Shown here: in pieces, positions 9,301-19,102 of the stretch
Numbering within the stretch: position 1 is the first letter of the stretch
Layout of the letters: the number at the start of each line of letters is the position of its first letter
Source of the DNA: Candidatus Calditenuaceae archaeon HR02
Lineage (GTDB): Archaea; Thermoproteota; Nitrososphaeria_A; Caldarchaeales; Calditenuaceae
Length of the DNA stretch: 64,000 nt
NCBI GenBank assembly: GCA_002898395.1
Contig: BEHE01000007.1
Location: 1-64,000 of the forward strand
Direction: 5' to 3'
Program-made: the position numbers and the translations under genes
Notes under the pieces: model-generated
The model's input: the letters and a program-made list of their open reading frames with translations, nothing else
Told to the model about the DNA's origin: nothing
The model's database searches: none

Positions 9301-9944
9301 TAGAAATTCACACTCTCTCTCAGATATCTAACAACCTCAGCGTCGGTTACTTGTGCGAATTTTTCATAGAACTCGCCTACAGCGTAGAATTCCTCCTCCA
9401 CATATGGGCAGACGACCTGGTCTACGAGGGGTCTGAGCTTGGATGCTGCTGTGGTGGACGCCACCGGTGCTGAGGCTATCAGCCTTGAAGGATTCATCTT
9501 CTTGATAGACTTGACCGCAGCCACCATCGTCGTGCCCGTAGCCAAGCCGTCGTCGATGACTGCCACAGTCTTCCCAGCCGGTTCTATGAACCCCCTGCCA
9601 CCCCTATAACTCTCCGCCCGCCTCCGGAGGTCAGGAACATGCTCCGAGGCCCGCTTCAACACTGCTTCTCTCGAGATCCCGTAAAAAGCCACCACCTCCT
9701 CCTCTATGGCCACGTCTCCGAACTCTGTGACAGCCGCTGCAGCAAGCTCGGGGTTGAAGGGAGCCCCAATCTTCTTTACGACGATGACGTCGAGGGCGCA
9801 GCCGAGTCTTCGAGCCACAACGCCCGCAACCACGACTCCGCCCCGCGCAATACCGTAAACCACTGAGTCGGGTCCCAGATACTCCCTCAACCCTTCAGCA
9901 AGCCTTAGGCCTGCGTCGAACCTATCACGGAAAATAACCCTCAA
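9297..9944 (-). CDS. Phosphoribosyltransferase family protein
   Basis: FRDRFDAG, RGGV, KKIGAPFNPE, VIDDGLATG. Confidence 0.9.
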   Translation of the reverse strand: MRVIFRDRFDAGLRLAEGLREYLGPDSVVYGIARGGVVVAGVVARRLGCALDVIVVKKIGAPFNPELAAAAVTEFGDVAIEEEVVAFYGISREAVLKRASEHVPDLRRRAESYRGGRGFIEPAGKTVAVIDDGLATGTTMVAAVKSIKKMNPSRLIASAPVASTTAASKLRPLVDQVVCPYVEEEFYAVGEFYEKFAQVTDAEVVRYLRESVNFY

Positions 9945-10101
9945 ACCCCCCGTCCTAAAATCGAGATAATGTAAGTGGCATTTACACGTTTGTCGCGGCG
10001 GATCTATCCAACCGTGTCTCAGACACGCGTAGTCTAATATTCCTATTAATATAAGCTAAGATAAAGCTAATATAGGGGCAATTTTCTATGAAGGGCCTGA
10101 A

Positions 10102-10656
10102 ATGCTGGGCACAGGATTTGGTGCGATACTGCTCCTTCTCTACCTCACCTCACCCTTCCTTATCATCTTCACACTACTCATGCTGCTGGCTTTCAGGAGA
10201 GGTAGAGGGGTAGTCAGCGTTGGGCTGGGAGAAAGGAAGGCTCGGGCTATAGAGGTGGCCTGGCTAATAGGTGTAGGCTTGGCTTGGACAGTCATAAACC
10301 TGGTCAGCATACCCTGGCTCCCGTGGCTCCAGCCACTGGCCGCTACAACTGGCCAGTCACCTTCAGAGCCTGCACAGGTCGTCAATGTTGAGGCCTTCAT
10401 GTGGGGGTATACGCTCGACACCTATGAGGTCAGGACAGGTGCTGTAAAGTTTGTCTCCACCTCCCGAGACACGATCCACTCACTCACGATCTACTCGCCG
10501 CGGGGCGAAGTCCTCGCTACAGTGATGCTGATGCCAGGCATGAAGGAGGAGCTGGTCCTAAACCTGTGGGAGCCTGGAGAGTACATCATCAGGTGCCTAG
10601 AGTTTTGTGGTGACGGCCACTCAGCAATGCTCTCAAAGCTCAGGGTGATGGGGTGA
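10102..10656 (+). CDS. Heme-copper oxidase subunit II-like (CuA cupredoxin), nNOR small subunit
   Basis: Two TM helices, DTIHS and CLEFCGDGHSAM CuA motif. Confidence 0.88.
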   Translation: MLGTGFGAILLLLYLTSPFLIIFTLLMLLAFRRGRGVVSVGLGERKARAIEVAWLIGVGLAWTVINLVSIPWLPWLQPLAATTGQSPSEPAQVVNVEAFMWGYTLDTYEVRTGAVKFVSTSRDTIHSLTIYSPRGEVLATVMLMPGMKEELVLNLWEPGEYIIRCLEFCGDGHSAMLSKLRVMG

Positions 10657-10657
10657 G

Positions 10658-12130
10658 ATGCTCTCGCAAATTAGGCTTGAGGATCTGACGTTCTATCCGA
10701 GGCTGATGGTTCTCTCCGCTATTGCCTGGTTCTTCGCGGGCGGAGTAGCCGGGCTCACAATGGTGGTCGCACACCTTACAGGCGCGCTCAGGGTCCCGGA
10801 CTACAACATGCTCCTCACATTCCACGGACTGGTGATGCCTTTCGGCGGCTTATTCCAGCTCATGATGGGTCTCTCACTCCTGAGGGCGGGCTTCTGCTAC
10901 GGCAAACCTGTGAAAGGGGTTCTAGTAAGAGCCGCATACATCACCCTCAACTTAGGCCTAATCCTACTGCTCGCAGGCATTTTTGCATTCCAAGTGAGAA
11001 CGAGCTATACTCTAATGTTCCCACTACCGGCTGCGGGCGTCTTCAAGGGGCTCTGGCCGCTGGAAGGTCTAATAGTTTTTGTGTGGGGCATCATCTTAAT
11101 ACTAGCCGTTAACATCGCCCTATACCCAGCGGCGCTTGCGAGGCTGATCTTCGGTGGAAAGACACAAGAAGCCCTCGTGCTGGAGAGATTCGTGGGGACT
11201 ATCAACCCCTCCGGGATGGCAAGCATGCTCCCCTACATCTTCATCATCCCCCCTCTCGGCTCCGCAATCACCATAGGTGCACTGACAATAGGTCTCGCGC
11301 TACTCGGCATAATACCTCTGAGCTCGGCGGGCTGGGTATTGCAGCCCTTAAACTTCAACTATCCCTTCTGGATCTGGGCCCACAACCTGATGGAGGCGAT
11401 GGGCATAATGGCTTTGGGCACCGTCTACTGGCTCACCCCCCGCTATACAGCCGTGTTGGGAAGTTCTGAGGGTGTGGAGCCGAGGCTTTACAGCGAGAAG
11501 CTTGGCATCTTAGCGATTATATTCTATTCCGCCGCAGCGGTAATGGCCTTCCCACACCACCTATTCACAATGCCTACATCCCAGCCGGTGGGGCTTAGCT
11601 ACACGGGCCAGGTAGCCAGCTGGCTGACAGGGTTCGGGGCGGCCTTCTCCGTCTTCAACGTACTCGCAACCGCATACGCCTTCGGCCTGAGGCTCACGCC
11701 CGCCTCTCTAGCAGCCATGCTCGGGTTTGCGGTCTACATAGTCGACGGATTCCTCGCGATGCAGCTGGGGACAATCGGCTGGGCGTACAGGCTTCACGGA
11801 ACCTACGCAGTAACCGCTCACCTCATGACGATACTCCTCGCTGTATCTCTAGTCTGGATAGGCGCACTCTATCACAGCTACAGACTCCTCTTCGGCACTG
11901 ATGTAAACAGGAGGCTCGCATACATCCATATCGTGTTGACAGCTGTGGCGGCGCTAGGCCTGTTTTATTTCATGGCCTTTATGGGAGGTTCTGGAGTCCC
12001 TAGAAGGGCCTACCCGCTTCCAATAGCCAGCGATGCAGGAGTGTTGGGTCTTGTGGGCTTTGGAGCAATTCTAGCAGCGGCCCAGACCATCTTCCTATTC
12101 CAGCTCTTTAAATCCCTGAAGGCAACATAG
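10658..12130 (+). CDS. Heme-copper oxidase superfamily subunit I, probable nNOR-type nitric oxide reductase
   Basis: FHG (helix II), WAHNLME (Glu at the cross-linking Tyr position), FPHHLF, LHGTYAVTAHLM (Met in place of the second His), GVPRR. Confidence 0.8.
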   Translation: MLSQIRLEDLTFYPRLMVLSAIAWFFAGGVAGLTMVVAHLTGALRVPDYNMLLTFHGLVMPFGGLFQLMMGLSLLRAGFCYGKPVKGVLVRAAYITLNLGLILLLAGIFAFQVRTSYTLMFPLPAAGVFKGLWPLEGLIVFVWGIILILAVNIALYPAALARLIFGGKTQEALVLERFVGTINPSGMASMLPYIFIIPPLGSAITIGALTIGLALLGIIPLSSAGWVLQPLNFNYPFWIWAHNLMEAMGIMALGTVYWLTPRYTAVLGSSEGVEPRLYSEKLGILAIIFYSAAAVMAFPHHLFTMPTSQPVGLSYTGQVASWLTGFGAAFSVFNVLATAYAFGLRLTPASLAAMLGFAVYIVDGFLAMQLGTIGWAYRLHGTYAVTAHLMTILLAVSLVWIGALYHSYRLLFGTDVNRRLAYIHIVLTAVAALGLFYFMAFMGGSGVPRRAYPLPIASDAGVLGLVGFGAILAAAQTIFLFQLFKSLKAT

Positions 12131-12179
12131 ACAGGCGCGACATGGTATAGGGCAAACAGTCTGACCCACACTCAACCAC

Positions 12180-13397
12180 TCACTCGAGGCTGTGCATCAT
12201 CCGGAGTGCCATTACTATGCCGCCCAGATATAGGGCAGAGATGGCAATTGTTGCGAGTGGTGTGCCAGGCGACCCGGCTAGGAACCAGGAGACCCTTAGC
12301 ACGTTGCCGGCGTTGAGAAGGGCTGCAGGGTATAGTGTGAGGCCGGCGTAAGGGATTCTCGCCGACATTAGTCCAGGCATCAGTATTGGCGCGTAGGCGA
12401 GGATCATGTTGCCTATAAACCCGATGGCTATAGAGTGTATGTATGCGTCCCTGAGAGTGTACCATAGCGGATGCGCCAGCAGCAGGCTGACCGAACTCGA
12501 CGCAGATAAGAGACACCCTGCTAAAAGCCAGATTGACGCAACCCTGTACAGCGCCGAGAAGTATAGATACCTGACCCTATCCCTTTCCCTCATCCGCGCG
12601 TACTGCTCGCCTGACTTGACCCGTCTGAGGGCGTCGACAGAAACCACCCAGACAGCCGATGCCAGCAGATACCCTACGGATGCGGCCAGCTCCAGGGACT
12701 CGCTGTGAAGGAGTGCCGCTGCCGAGGCCGCTGCAGAGGATGCTGTGTGTAGTGGGGTGACCAGCCACCAAGCCCTCCTCCTCAGTTTAGTGTCCACCCG
12801 GAAGTGGACCGTCCTTATCCCAACACCCATTACCATTCCAGCTGGAGCACCTAAGAGGAGTATCAGTAGTAGGCCTGGTCTGCCGAAGGCATGAGCGCTC
12901 TCAAGCTCAGCGAAAATTGTTAGGGCTAAGGAGAGAGGCATAAGTGTCATCGACGCAGATATGAGTGGGTCGGCTGCGGCCAGAGGGCCGGAGGGCCTAC
13001 CCAGCGCCCATACGGAATAGAAGGCTGCAGAGGATGTACCTGCTAGAGCAGCTAGATAGCTGAAGAGCCAGGCCACAGTACCTGGCTCCGCAAAAGTGAA
13101 AAACCATACACCTACGGTCATGACTATGAGGGAAAAGACCCTGAGGCCGAGATAACTCGAGGGTTCCACGTTTTTGAAGCGCTGGACAAGAACCATCGCC
13201 ACAGAGACTATGAAAACGTAGACGAATCCAAAGATCATTAGTTTGGGGTGTACCAGTGCTGACGGAGTGAAGGGTAGGGCGCCTGAGAGTGAGAGAAGCC
13301 ACACCGCACCTAGAACAGCCCCTAGAACGCCGCTAATTGTTGCAAAAGACACCCCAAGTATGAGTACTAGTCGGGCAGACCGGAGTCTCTGCTCCAA
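12180..13397 (-). CDS. NnrS-like membrane protein
   Basis: Multi-TM; HPKLMIFGF and DAYIHSIAIGFIGNMI His motifs; next to the NOR genes. Confidence 0.65.
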   Translation of the reverse strand: MEQRLRSARLVLILGVSFATISGVLGAVLGAVWLLSLSGALPFTPSALVHPKLMIFGFVYVFIVSVAMVLVQRFKNVEPSSYLGLRVFSLIVMTVGVWFFTFAEPGTVAWLFSYLAALAGTSSAAFYSVWALGRPSGPLAAADPLISASMTLMPLSLALTIFAELESAHAFGRPGLLLILLLGAPAGMVMGVGIRTVHFRVDTKLRRRAWWLVTPLHTASSAAASAAALLHSESLELAASVGYLLASAVWVVSVDALRRVKSGEQYARMRERDRVRYLYFSALYRVASIWLLAGCLLSASSSVSLLLAHPLWYTLRDAYIHSIAIGFIGNMILAYAPILMPGLMSARIPYAGLTLYPAALLNAGNVLRVSWFLAGSPGTPLATIAISALYLGGIVMALRMMHSLE

Positions 13398-13559
13398 AGC
13401 CCTGAGAAGTTAGTTCTCGTCGTTAAAATAAACCTAGACCAACCCGCGTATGGTGTGATGCTTCGCCTCCTGAAATCTCGCCTAAGCATCTGTAAGCGCG
13501 GTAGAGTGGGCCAACTATTATTATAAACCTCTGCTCACTTTTCACTCTAAGGTGTCGTT

Positions 13560-14819
13560 ATGTGTGACATCCTCGTAGCAACGCCTAAGGCTACCAGGGA
13601 GAAGGTGATGCTATTCGCAAAAAACTCTGACAGAGACCCTAATGAGGCTCAGCTCCTAGAGCTAATCCCTAGGAAGAGGCATGAGGAGGGTGAGGTTAGG
13701 CTAACCTACGTCCAATACCCACAGGCGGGGGAGACGTATTCGATAATTATATCGCGCCCCTGGTGGACGTGGGGTGCTGAAATGGGTGTAAATGAGCTCG
13801 GCCTAGCCATAGGGAATACAGCCATCTTTAGCAGAGAGAAGATCCCCGAGAAGGGAATACTCGGAATGGATATTGTGAGACTGGCCCTAGAGCGTTCTAG
13901 AAATTCTGAAGAGGCTTTAAAACTCATAACAGAAATCGTGGATAATCAGGGCGGGAGCGGGAGCTACGAGCACAGGCTAATCTACAGCAACTCGTTCATC
14001 ATAGCGGACCCAAGGGAGGCGTGGGTGCTGGAGACGGCTGGCCGACACTGGGCCGCCAAGAAAATTGAGGGAGTATATTCAATATCTAATGCGCTGACAA
14101 TAGAGGATGACTGGGATGTTGCCTCCGAGAGTGTAGAGAGTCTTGCTAGGAAGGGTGGCTTCAGCTTCGCCAAACACTTCTCCGACAGATTCTACACATA
14201 CTTCGCCCACGGGAGGGATAGAAGGGCCTTTACCTATAGGAGGCTTAGGGAGAAGGAAGGCGACATAACAATAGAATACATGATGTCTATTTTGAGGTCT
14301 CACTCTCTCGAGCCCTACTCGCCCCATAAAGGGTCGATGAGAGATGTCTGTATGCACTATGGCGGATTAACGAGGCCGAGTCAGACCGCCGCATCCCAGC
14401 TATCTGAGCTGGGAGAGGCAGGAATTCACTGGTTTACTGGAACATCACTACCTTGCCTAAGCATATTCAAGCCCCTTAACTTTAACACAGAGCCACTTCC
14501 CATGGGAGAGAATCCAACAAACAAATACAATCCCAACAACTACTGGTGGAGGGTCGAGCGCTTCCACAGGAAGTTCCAAACCAACTACACTCACATGCAC
14601 CAGTTCTCGATAGAGAGGGATGAGCAGCAAAGAATGGTGCTGGAGGCTGTCCAAGAATTTAGAGGAGGCGCCGACCTCTCCACGCCCCTCAGACTGGCCT
14701 TAGAGAAGGAGAGGGAGCTGATAGAGAGGTGGGATAAGATGATAACCCCCACCAGACAGCCCTTCCCATACAATATCTGGTGGCGAAAAGTGAACAAACG
14801 GGCCCATATTGTAATCTAG
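13560..14819 (+). CDS. C69-family dipeptidase / secernin-like Ntn hydrolase
   Basis: N-terminal MCD nucleophile, FAKNSDRDPNE, WGAEMGVNE. Confidence 0.9.
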   Translation: MCDILVATPKATREKVMLFAKNSDRDPNEAQLLELIPRKRHEEGEVRLTYVQYPQAGETYSIIISRPWWTWGAEMGVNELGLAIGNTAIFSREKIPEKGILGMDIVRLALERSRNSEEALKLITEIVDNQGGSGSYEHRLIYSNSFIIADPREAWVLETAGRHWAAKKIEGVYSISNALTIEDDWDVASESVESLARKGGFSFAKHFSDRFYTYFAHGRDRRAFTYRRLREKEGDITIEYMMSILRSHSLEPYSPHKGSMRDVCMHYGGLTRPSQTAASQLSELGEAGIHWFTGTSLPCLSIFKPLNFNTEPLPMGENPTNKYNPNNYWWRVERFHRKFQTNYTHMHQFSIERDEQQRMVLEAVQEFRGGADLSTPLRLALEKERELIERWDKMITPTRQPFPYNIWWRKVNKRAHIVI

Positions 14820-14876
14820 CCTCCTAAATTCTTCTCTCTTAGGAGTTGAGACATGCCGGCCTAGTCGGTGTGTTTT

Positions 14877-16175
14877 TCAGCCGGGCTGTCCCCTGAGTTT
14901 CTCGGCCCTCTCCCTCATCAACCTCCTCAACTCGCTGATATCCCTAGGTATAACGAGTGCAAGCACCGTGAAGAAGACTCCACAAACAATCCATGTGGAA
15001 GAGGATATGTAGAGTATTCCAAACCCTAGGCCGTAAACGTCGGCCAGATATCCGGCTATAAGTGGTGCTGTCGACGAGCCTGCGGACTCGAATATAGAGA
15101 GGAGAGAGTATGCCGAGCTCCTCGCCTCGGGCTGTGTTATGTCTGTGACCGATGCGGCTACGTTTGGACCTGCCATCGGCAGAATGAATGAGGTTACCGT
15201 CCCCAAAATTATGAACCCATTGACATCTTCAACGGGCCATGTCAATGTGATGTAGATGGTTAGTGCGGACAGAAACACGACTACTGCACCCACTATCGCG
15301 CGCCCACTAGGTATCCTTGAGAAAAGAGCGTCGCCAATAGCACCTCCAGCGAAATTACCTAAGATCATTACAACCAACCATATGAACATGGCGAAGAGTG
15401 CCGTCACTTCATCAAACATTCTCTCCCTCAACATGTATGTGAAAACCCACGCTTGGAGTGTTGTCCAGGGAAAAACGCCGAAGAAGCCCTGTAGGCTGAG
15501 GAACATCATCGACGGCTTCTTCAGCGGGCCAAATATTTCTTTAAACCTTATTTTGTATAACTCCTCCTTTATTGTCAGGCCTGTTAGCTCAGGTTCTGAG
15601 CTTCCCCTCGGCACATCCTTTACAGCAAAGTATACGATTGCTGCAGTCAATATGCCTAGGCCCCCAGTTATCAGGAAGAGGAATCTCCAACCATACGCGT
15701 AGCCTATCAAGACTCCGAGGGTTGTCCCTACCAATGCTCCGGTTGCGCCCGTTGCTCCGATAAGCCCGAGAGGCTTACCCCTTTTCTTCGGGAGGAAGTA
15801 GTCGCTTATCAGACTCTCAATGCCGGATGGAGGTGTGTTGTCTATCCCTGTCAACGTCCTTGTTACAAAGAATTCTGCGAAGCTTCGTGGCAGTGTATTG
15901 AGCCATGTAGTGAATCCCCAGATGACGCCTGCGATGCTTATCAGGAGCCTCCTCGAATACCTGTCAAAGAGATACCCCCAGACAGGGTAGAGAGAAACGG
16001 ATAGGACGGCGGTGGCCGTTATTAGCGCACCGCCATAAACATACGTGATCTGGAACTCGTCCAAGATTTGAGGAAAGACAACCGAGATAACATAGATATC
16101 AGCGATGTGAAGAGATTGAAAGATGAACAGGATAATCGCCACAAACCAAGCATACTTTAAAGAATATTGGGGCAT
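14877..16175 (-). CDS. MFS transporter
   Basis: About 12 TM helices, GYLFDRYSRR motif A. Confidence 0.9.
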   Translation of the reverse strand: MPQYSLKYAWFVAIILFIFQSLHIADIYVISVVFPQILDEFQITYVYGGALITATAVLSVSLYPVWGYLFDRYSRRLLISIAGVIWGFTTWLNTLPRSFAEFFVTRTLTGIDNTPPSGIESLISDYFLPKKRGKPLGLIGATGATGALVGTTLGVLIGYAYGWRFLFLITGGLGILTAAIVYFAVKDVPRGSSEPELTGLTIKEELYKIRFKEIFGPLKKPSMMFLSLQGFFGVFPWTTLQAWVFTYMLRERMFDEVTALFAMFIWLVVMILGNFAGGAIGDALFSRIPSGRAIVGAVVVFLSALTIYITLTWPVEDVNGFIILGTVTSFILPMAGPNVAASVTDITQPEARSSAYSLLSIFESAGSSTAPLIAGYLADVYGLGFGILYISSSTWIVCGVFFTVLALVIPRDISELRRLMRERAEKLRGQPG

Positions 16176-16645
16176 ACGCGGACATTAGTGAGCTTCTTAT
16201 AGTCCTGTATAAGGCTTACCTCACATAATGCAAACAACATCAAGAGGAGATGGCGTCCCCGCGGCCCGAATTAAATAAAGAATGTCAAAAAAGTATTACC
16301 CGAGTAAGTTTTCTAAGTTTAGAAGCATATTTAGTATTGAGCTATTAGCTATAGTCAGCGACAATGGAGTTGCCAAACCAACGTTATCAAATGTAATAGC
16401 GGAGATTTACCTAGACAATCTTCAGGACGCTCAGACAAAGTCGGGAGAATAAGTACAATAGATTATAACATAACAGAACGGCCTTATCAAAAATCAGATA
16501 AATACTCATCACCAGCCATGCCTCGGCCTAGCGGCATAGATAAAAAGCAATCCACCTACCGTATGGATGGGTGCTCTAGCGAGTGAAACATAACGCAGGG
16601 GTCTTCAGCCGAAGCGGTGGAGAGAGCCCTTCACAGTACTTCTCC

Positions 16646-17506
16646 TTATTGGCTGGTTGAAGCCCTACTCCTGATGGGTCGTTTGATGAACGCTGAGGCT
16701 ACACTGATGGAGTCTAGCGTCTCCCGGATGTTGTGGGTTCTGACGATGTCGGCTCCCTGGAGTACTGCTATGGTCTCTGCGGCCAACGATCCGGACAGCC
16801 TGTCAGCAGGATCTGTCTTTCCCGTTATCTTGCCTATGAAGCTCTTCCTCGAGCACCCTATCAGTACGGGGCGCCCGAGGGCCTTGACCTCCCCTAGCCT
16901 CCTCAGGACCTCGAGGTCGAACTCGTACCATTTCAGCGACTTGTGACTCCGGTGGAACCCGATGCCAGGGTCGACGATAAGCATCTCCTCGGACATGCCG
17001 GCCTCAAGGGCCAGGGAGATGGAGCCCCTCAGCATCGACGTTATGCCCACGATGGGATCACCCGACTTGACGTTCCTGGCCATAATAATCAGGGAGGCTC
17101 CGCTGTCAACTATATCGCGGATCACACCCTTCAGATAAGCTAGCCCGTAGACATCATTGACCGCGTCGACTCCGAGTCTCAGCCCTTCGAGGACTGGCTT
17201 CGGCCTGAAGGAGTCGAGTGAGATTGGGAGGTCCGTCACTTCTCTTACAGCCTTCAGGGCCATCCTGACTCTCTCGACCTCTAGGTCCTCATCTATCCAG
17301 GTCTCGAGGTAGGGGGCGGACGACATAGCGCCTATGTCAATGAGGTCGGCGCCTTCCTCCTCCATCTCAGCAGCGGCCCTTGATACTTCCTCAGGAGTTA
17401 ATCTCACGGAGCCCTTGTAGAAGGACTCGGGGCTGACATTGATGACTCCCATAACCCTGACGGGGAGTCCTTCGCCGATCTCAAGCCCTCCTATCCTCGC
17501 CTTCAC
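16646..17506 (-). CDS. folP: Dihydropteroate synthase
   Basis: VMGVINVSPESF, DPGIGF, SRKSFIG, VRTHN. Confidence 0.93.
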   Translation of the reverse strand: MKARIGGLEIGEGLPVRVMGVINVSPESFYKGSVRLTPEEVSRAAAEMEEEGADLIDIGAMSSAPYLETWIDEDLEVERVRMALKAVREVTDLPISLDSFRPKPVLEGLRLGVDAVNDVYGLAYLKGVIRDIVDSGASLIIMARNVKSGDPIVGITSMLRGSISLALEAGMSEEMLIVDPGIGFHRSHKSLKWYEFDLEVLRRLGEVKALGRPVLIGCSRKSFIGKITGKTDPADRLSGSLAAETIAVLQGADIVRTHNIRETLDSISVASAFIKRPIRSRASTSQ

Positions 17507-17691
17507 GTAGGATAAATTCTGTTAGACGCGTATTTCGGGCTTACCATACAGCTCAGAGGCACTATTAGACTCGGAGTTTGTCAAGGACTTGGGGACGATT
17601 ATTAAAGCAAATCCCTACTCTACATAGAGCCTGTCAAGTCAGCATAAAGTAATGCAAGGCCTCGCCTTTACAAAATCCGTACGCACCCTTT

Positions 17692-18002
17692 TTGGGGGCG
17701 TGCGGCCCGTAGCCCTCCTTCTGTTTTAGGCGGGATTGGTCTTCTCGGCTCTCCGCGGGCCTCGCCGGCGCTTCTCATCGGCCCGGCGCGCCTTTCCCCG
17801 TCAGGGTCGCCCGTTTCATCCATTCTCCACCACTCGTCGCCGCCTCTGGTTGGCGGGTCAACCTCATCTGCGGTGGAGGGGTCTCGTTTCTGTGGCGTTG
17901 CCGTGGGTCTCCCCGCCCACCTCGCGGTGGCTGACTGCACCGGTTGGGGGGAGGAACTTCCTCGGGAGCTACCCCGTGGCCCGCCCGGCCGCTCGCCCCC
18001 AA
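17692..18002 (-). ncRNA. rnpB: RNase P RNA
   Basis: Minus strand has GAGGAAGTTCCTCCC (CR-I/P4) and AAACAGAAGGAGGGCTA (CR-V); P1 formed by GGGGGCGAGCGGCC / GGCCGCACGCCCCC; ends approximate. Confidence 0.93.
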
Positions 18003-18026
18003 TAAAGAAGATGGGCGGGGAAGGGT

Positions 18027-18953
18027 TTATTCCTTGTCTTTGAGGGCAGTGGTGGTGCTGTCGCAAGATACGTTACTTAGAGATATTGCTGTCTCGGTCT
18101 CCTGGCTTGTCTGGGTCAGGCCGGCCTCGGCCTTCCTGGCCACAGGTACACCCCTAATTCTCGCCACCACCTCGGCCAATATTGAAAGAGCTATCTCCTC
18201 CGGCATCTTCGCGCCTATATCGATACCCGCGGGCGAGCTTATCCTTGCTATGAACTCTTCACGCACCCCCCTCTCCCTGAGAAGCTCCAGATTCCGCAGA
18301 GCCCTCTTCCTACTGGCCATCAGCCCCAAATAGAGTGGTGTCTTCCCCGAGATGGCCTCGAGGACCTTAACATCCCTCTCCCCCTTAGTCAAGACTACGA
18401 CGCAGTCCCGGGGCCCTATCTCCAGTTTGGAGAGGTCGAAGTCTATATCTGATATCAGCCTGTCAGGCTCCGCCTCCAACATAGGCATAGGGTCGATGAC
18501 CCAGACCTCGAAGCCTAGGATCTTCCCAATCCTGACCAGGGCCTCCTCCACATCATCCTTCCCTCCCTGGCCTATGATGAATAGACGCCTCGCAGGCGTA
18601 ATCGGGTCGACAAAGATCTCCATAGTACCTCCACAGAAGGTCTCGACGAATATCTCATCCCTGCTACCCGAGGTGGCCATACCCCTCACAGCCTCCTCTG
18701 TGCTCTCGAGATGCACCTTAACCAGCCTAGGCTCCTCCTCCCTTATACACTCTAATGCTATAGAGATGATAGGGCCCTCTGGACAGACTCCCCCCAGAGT
18801 CCCATAGACAATCTCCCCCTTATCATCAACCACCATTTTAAACCCTGGCTTCCCCAGGCTTGAGCCGGAAACCCGAACAACCGTAGCGACAGCATAAGGG
18901 CGCCGCTCAGCCTCAAGCCTAGAGAGAGCCTCACCCAGAGACCTATATGGCAT
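18027..18953 (-). CDS. XdhC/CoxI-family molybdenum-hydroxylase maturation factor
   Basis: GSSLGKPGFKM, GTLGGVCPE, CGGTME, PAGIDIGA...PEEIALSILAE. Confidence 0.9.
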   Translation of the reverse strand: MPYRSLGEALSRLEAERRPYAVATVVRVSGSSLGKPGFKMVVDDKGEIVYGTLGGVCPEGPIISIALECIREEEPRLVKVHLESTEEAVRGMATSGSRDEIFVETFCGGTMEIFVDPITPARRLFIIGQGGKDDVEEALVRIGKILGFEVWVIDPMPMLEAEPDRLISDIDFDLSKLEIGPRDCVVVLTKGERDVKVLEAISGKTPLYLGLMASRKRALRNLELLRERGVREEFIARISSPAGIDIGAKMPEEIALSILAEVVARIRGVPVARKAEAGLTQTSQETETAISLSNVSCDSTTTALKDKE

Positions 18954-19102
18954 CTCTAAATCTCTATTTTCTCAAAAAGGCCCCCGGTATATAAATTCCA
19001 GCCCACACAACATTTGTATGGATGCCGTGTCACACAGCCTTTTCACCAGTTAATATCGGTGGATAAAGGTTATTTATCAGTAGAAGTACTCGATTCCAGC
19101 AG

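Noticed and set aside
10658-12130. Calling this a cytochrome c (O2-reducing) oxidase
   Set aside because: It lacks the helix VI His-Tyr cross-link Tyr and has Glu instead.
13450-13500. GTGATG...CTGA box C/D-like motifs
   Set aside because: No complete C, D', C', D set and no antisense match found to the 23S or tRNA here.
16251-16275. TGGCGTCCCCGCGGCCCGAATT at the edge of an AT-rich spacer, resembling the antisense of a tRNA 3' end (possible att scar)
   Set aside because: The T-arm is incomplete, there is no matching tRNA or integrase in the window, and it is too short to support.
17668-18066. ORFs 17668..18066, 17736..18005 and 17775..18002
   Set aside because: They overlap the RNase P RNA and are low-complexity GC-rich translations.
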